A DNA stretch of 64,000 nt. It comes from Nemertoderma westbladi (Eukaryota > Animalia > Xenacoelomorpha). A program made the position numbers and the translations under genes. The notes under the pieces were generated by a model. It saw nothing but the letters and a program-made list of their open reading frames with translations. It was not told the DNA's origin and searched no databases. Of the stretch, positions 60,227 to 64,000 are shown in pieces (the stretch's first letter is position 1; each line of letters starts with the position of its first letter). The stretch is from positions 2,143 through 66,142 of the forward strand of contig JAUCBJ010002736.1 of the NCBI GenBank assembly GCA_032718475.1. The letters are read 5' to 3'.

Positions 60227-63200
60227 TGTTACGGTATATGGCGCTGTATCCATAATATTAGTCATCATGCAGTATGCAATATTAGTCCGTTATGCAGTAT
60301 GCAATATTAGTCCGTTATACTGTATGTAATATTAGTCCGTTGTGCAGCATGATATTTTAGATAAGGCATAATAACGCAGTGGTATTTAGATAGGGAAATC
60401 GAAACACCCATATATTTGAATCCATCCATTTTGTATAGTATGTAGCCCTACCTACGTAATTTTGTATTAGGTAATATGTAGATAGTTCCAGGGTAAGTTT
60501 ATTCGGACCCTGGATTCCGTGCTTGCTGATATTAGCTTTAGTAGGGCTAGCATATAGGGACGCTGTCCTGGCCATTCAGCAGCCAGAGACGTGAACCATT
60601 ACCATATATGGTAATAATTCGAGGAAGGGGAGCAAATAGGGCTACAATCCGGCCTCCTTATTGGACTAGCTGCTTCCAGGTTGGTCTAGTGCTAGCACGG
60701 ACTGGAGAGCCAATAAGAAAGCGATTGAGTCACCCTATTGCATCACCCCATCCGGATCACCTATAAATTGGCGGTGTGCCGGTAGAGCCTCACCAACTCA
60801 TCACATGACACCTAGCCCTAGCACCTGTCTTGCTGTTTTTTCTTGATACTTTCTGCAATTTGCTAATTTGATTAATTTCGTGAAATGATTTGCTAGTGCG
60901 ATTACTTGCTTGTGTTTCTCAATAATTCCTTCGACTACTGCTAATTACAACTGAACTATGATTTCTACCTTTTGATTAATGGTTCTATGTGATTCTTTTC
61001 TGCGCAATAATCCTAAGGGATTCCTGAGACTGTCAGACTTTGTGATTTGCATGCGCCGCTACGGTAGCTATTAGCATAATGGAGGGCTAAGGCGCCAGTG
61101 GGCGGTGGGCACATCGGGGGGTTAGCGACGAAGGGAGCGGAGGATTCAAAGGCGAGCAACGCTGGCGGGGGGTCACCGTTGCGGTCGGGCAATTTGCATT
61201 GTAGCGTGGGGGCAGCTCGCTGGTACAGTAATTAGGGGGCTGATGATCCAGGTTTTGTCTCTATTTAGTATTAGGGGGGCAGGAATTGGGTTAGTTAGGA
61301 AGCCTAGATGTACCCGGGAGAGGTCTGCGTGCTTTACAATTGCGAATTGCATGTATTGCAGTATTGCGAATTATTATATTGTGCTGTGTAATTGCTAATT
61401 GCGTGCATTGCGGATTGTACAATTGTGAATCGCGCATTGCGAGCTGTGATTGCTGACGCTGATTGGTGTGTTACTAAAGTGTGCCTAAGATTACGAATGC
61501 TTAGATAGGCGCTCTTTTCCCTTTGATTGATTTCTATCTCTTAGTTTACTGTAAATAATTACTGATTAGGTCAAAGTAATACAGTATTTTAGGCTGTTAC
61601 ATATTTGTGACTGTAATTAATTAGTAAAATTAAGAATTAGTACGCAGCATAGCGGAGAGTAGCTAAGGTAATAATTAGAGTACCGTAAACTATTCACGCT
61701 GAGCGGTTATTTTAATTAGCGGGCAATAAGCTAGATAGCAGTATTCAGTACGCAAAACGCATTAGTAATTTGCTGGCCTAAAGCCAGCCGCAGACAAGTT
61801 TAGTCCCACTATAGGTATTAGCCCTAATAAACACTGTACCACTTTGATTATTTTAAATATTCTCGCATTCACACATTCCGTTAGGGAACCCCCAGTATTC
61901 GCGATTAGAAAAGACGTAGGCATTGGCGTACTTTAACAGTAAGATTAGGCGTAAGAATATACTCTGAGTGTAAAACCTCTCACACTCGTTTTAAGTCAGC
62001 TTAGGGAGCCGATTCGGGTTTGTTGTTTTGGTTATTCCCGCGTGGCTCATATATTCGAACAGTTAGCTCTCTATCGAGTAATTGGTAGAGAAAGGAACAA
62101 GAAATTAGCAGGAGCCGTAGACTGGTAGAAAATTAGTAAAACATATTAGCGGACGGCAGGTTAGCGCCATCTAACGGTAAGTAGCGGTTTTGTATTTAGC
62201 AGCCCCTCACATTAGCAATAATACGCTCCTGATTGCCCTGTCTAATAAATAGAGCAGTTTGCAGTTTTGTGTCTTTATTGGTTAGGCCGGGGTAGTTTGT
62301 TTAACAGTAAAGCACGTTTTGGTTTTGCGTCTTTAACAGTAAAGCACGCAATTTGCTTGCTGTACTGCGTACAGTAAATACAAATTAGATTACTGTATTA
62401 GGCACTGTACTGCGTATAGTAGGACAGAGAGTGTATTTTTAGGCTAGTTTAGATTACTGTATTCACTGGTTGCGTACGATAGTACAGTAGTAACATTAGG
62501 CTGATTGCTGTTACTGCGTACGGTAGAAGGACATTTGTTTTGCCGTACCACACACAGTATCATTAGGCTGTTAGGTTGGTGTACTGTTTTACTTACTGTA
62601 CTGCATAAAGTGGATGTACGGTAGTGCGTTTTTACTAATTGCGAATACAGCAGTTCCTTAGGCCTTAGGGCAAACTGTAATTAGTAAGTTTTTTGAAAAT
62701 TATTAGCTAGGTTTGCGAGAATTCAGTTTCGGTCAAAATTATTTTGTAAAATTCTAGAGTTTTGTACCGGTATGTTAGGTAACCGCTTAGTTATTTTATA
62801 CCATCTGGAGATACATGGCAAGACGGAACTTCTGAGTTTGGGGTTCGTGTGGGTCTGCGGGTTCGGTTTGCAATCAGCGAAGGGCCTGAATCTTTGGACG
62901 CGGACGTGGAATCTCACAGCAAACAAGGTTAGTTGTTCTGTTGGCGCCAGTGTGTTTGTGGAAGCAGTAAAAAATTATCGGTTGTTTAACTGCGAAGCTG
63001 AACTCAATTTATTAGTTAGGATATTTAGGTTTAGCCGGCCATGGTTTTTGAATCGCTCAAGTTAGAGAGAGAGTTAGAGAGAGTCGCAACCCGAAGATGT
63101 AGCCACGCGCTAGTGGATACATATAATATTTGAAATTAAAATTACGTTGATTAGAGCTATATATAAAATTAGAAATATTCGGGTGGCAAGTTTATTTTGA

Positions 63201-64000
63201 ATATTTTGTATTAGATTCAAGGTTATTTTGTGCTATACCGGTATTTAATATTATATAGTAGCTATATAATAATATTTTTGTTTAAATATTGTGCTAGTAT
63301 TTGCTATAACTATATACCCCATTAAATTCACAATATTGCATTGCGAATTTATTTGACATTTTGGACCAACTGATTATTTGACAATTAATTTGACCGTATT
63401 TCGGTTAAATTATAATTATATCTCGAACTTTTGCGAGATTTTTGCCGGAAGGCAAACATTATTAAGACTATGAGTGTCTCAGACAAAGAGGCACTAGAGG
63501 ACAGCTATGAGACGGCGGCTGGACCGCCGACTGACGATAGCGTAAATATTACTGTTGACGACAATGCCGACTATGACGACGCAGCGAGCGACGCTGACGT
63601 AAGTGAACAGGAGGACGAGACAGTGACTAGTGAGGAAGAAGAACTACCTCAGGTAATAGTATTAGGATCCCCTACCGCTACTGTAAGGAAGGATTGTACA
63701 GCAACCCGGACAGAGGTGAGTGATAGGGAGGGTAGTGTAGCAGAAGCGAGAGCCCGGAGCCCGGTTTCCAGACCTGTGGGTATGGTAAGTGCCGTGGTCC
63801 CAACGGCTGTTAGGAGTACCCGTAGTTCCCGAAATAATCCTTCAAGTCCACCGAGTGTGAGTCAGGTAAGCGAGAGAGAACTTGATATCGCGATAAAGAA
63901 GAAACTTCGCGCGCACGCCGGACATATAACTCGGACGACGGACAAGGTAAGGAAGATGTTAGCCGACTCAGCGAACATCGGACGGGAAGGGTTAGTAGAG
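60227..64000 (+). mobile_element. LTR retrotransposon 5' portion (BEL-like gag), inserted into the intronic satellite
   Basis: The satellite stops abruptly at TGTTACGG (60227). TATA-like CTATAAA near 60761, AATAAA near 61826 and a candidate LTR end TTTAACA at 61938, then a long leader and a gag-like ORF. Confidence 0.6.
63470..64000 (+). CDS. Gag-like ORF N-terminus, open to window end
   Basis: ATG at 63470 and 177 codons without a stop: MSVSDKEALEDS..KKKLRAHAGHITRTTDKV. The basic G-x-I-T-R helix recalls BEL gag N-termini. Absent from the ORF track because it is incomplete. Confidence 0.6.
   Translation, partial: MSVSDKEALEDSYETAAGPPTDDSVNITVDDNADYDDAASDADVSEQEDETVTSEEEELPQVIVLGSPTATVRKDCTATRTEVSDREGSVAEARARSPVSRPVGMVSAVVPTAVRSTRSSRNNPSSPPSVSQVSERELDIAIKKKLRAHAGHITRTTDKVRKMLADSANIGREGLVE

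Overview
Animal (probably bilaterian invertebrate) genomic DNA with spliceosomal introns; not prokaryotic. It holds two divergently oriented host genes. On the minus strand is a TFCP2/LSF (CP2/Grainyhead family) transcription factor, with 9 coding exons reconstructed from 17848 to 4587 and continuing off the left edge. On the plus strand is a GRAMD1/Aster-like GRAM+VASt gene (exons near 56225-57810). About 35 kb of nested transposon debris lies between them: a MULE transposase relic, a pol-less LTR element with TSD, a BEL/Pao element with an intact gag-pol and a decayed extra zinc-knuckle ORF, a Sola-like TIR element, a hAT5-like MITE, a LINE fragment and a tandem 2.3-kb duplication. A further LTR element starts near 60227. 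The main finding is that three TFCP2 introns each consist almost entirely of about 100 tandem copies of that intron's own exon-end plus 5' splice site (units of 45, 41 and 27 bp), giving roughly 300 duplicated donor sites in one pre-mRNA. The long repetitive ORFs in the ORF track are by-products of these arrays. Exon boundaries and family calls are from manual reading and recalled homology, not database searches.
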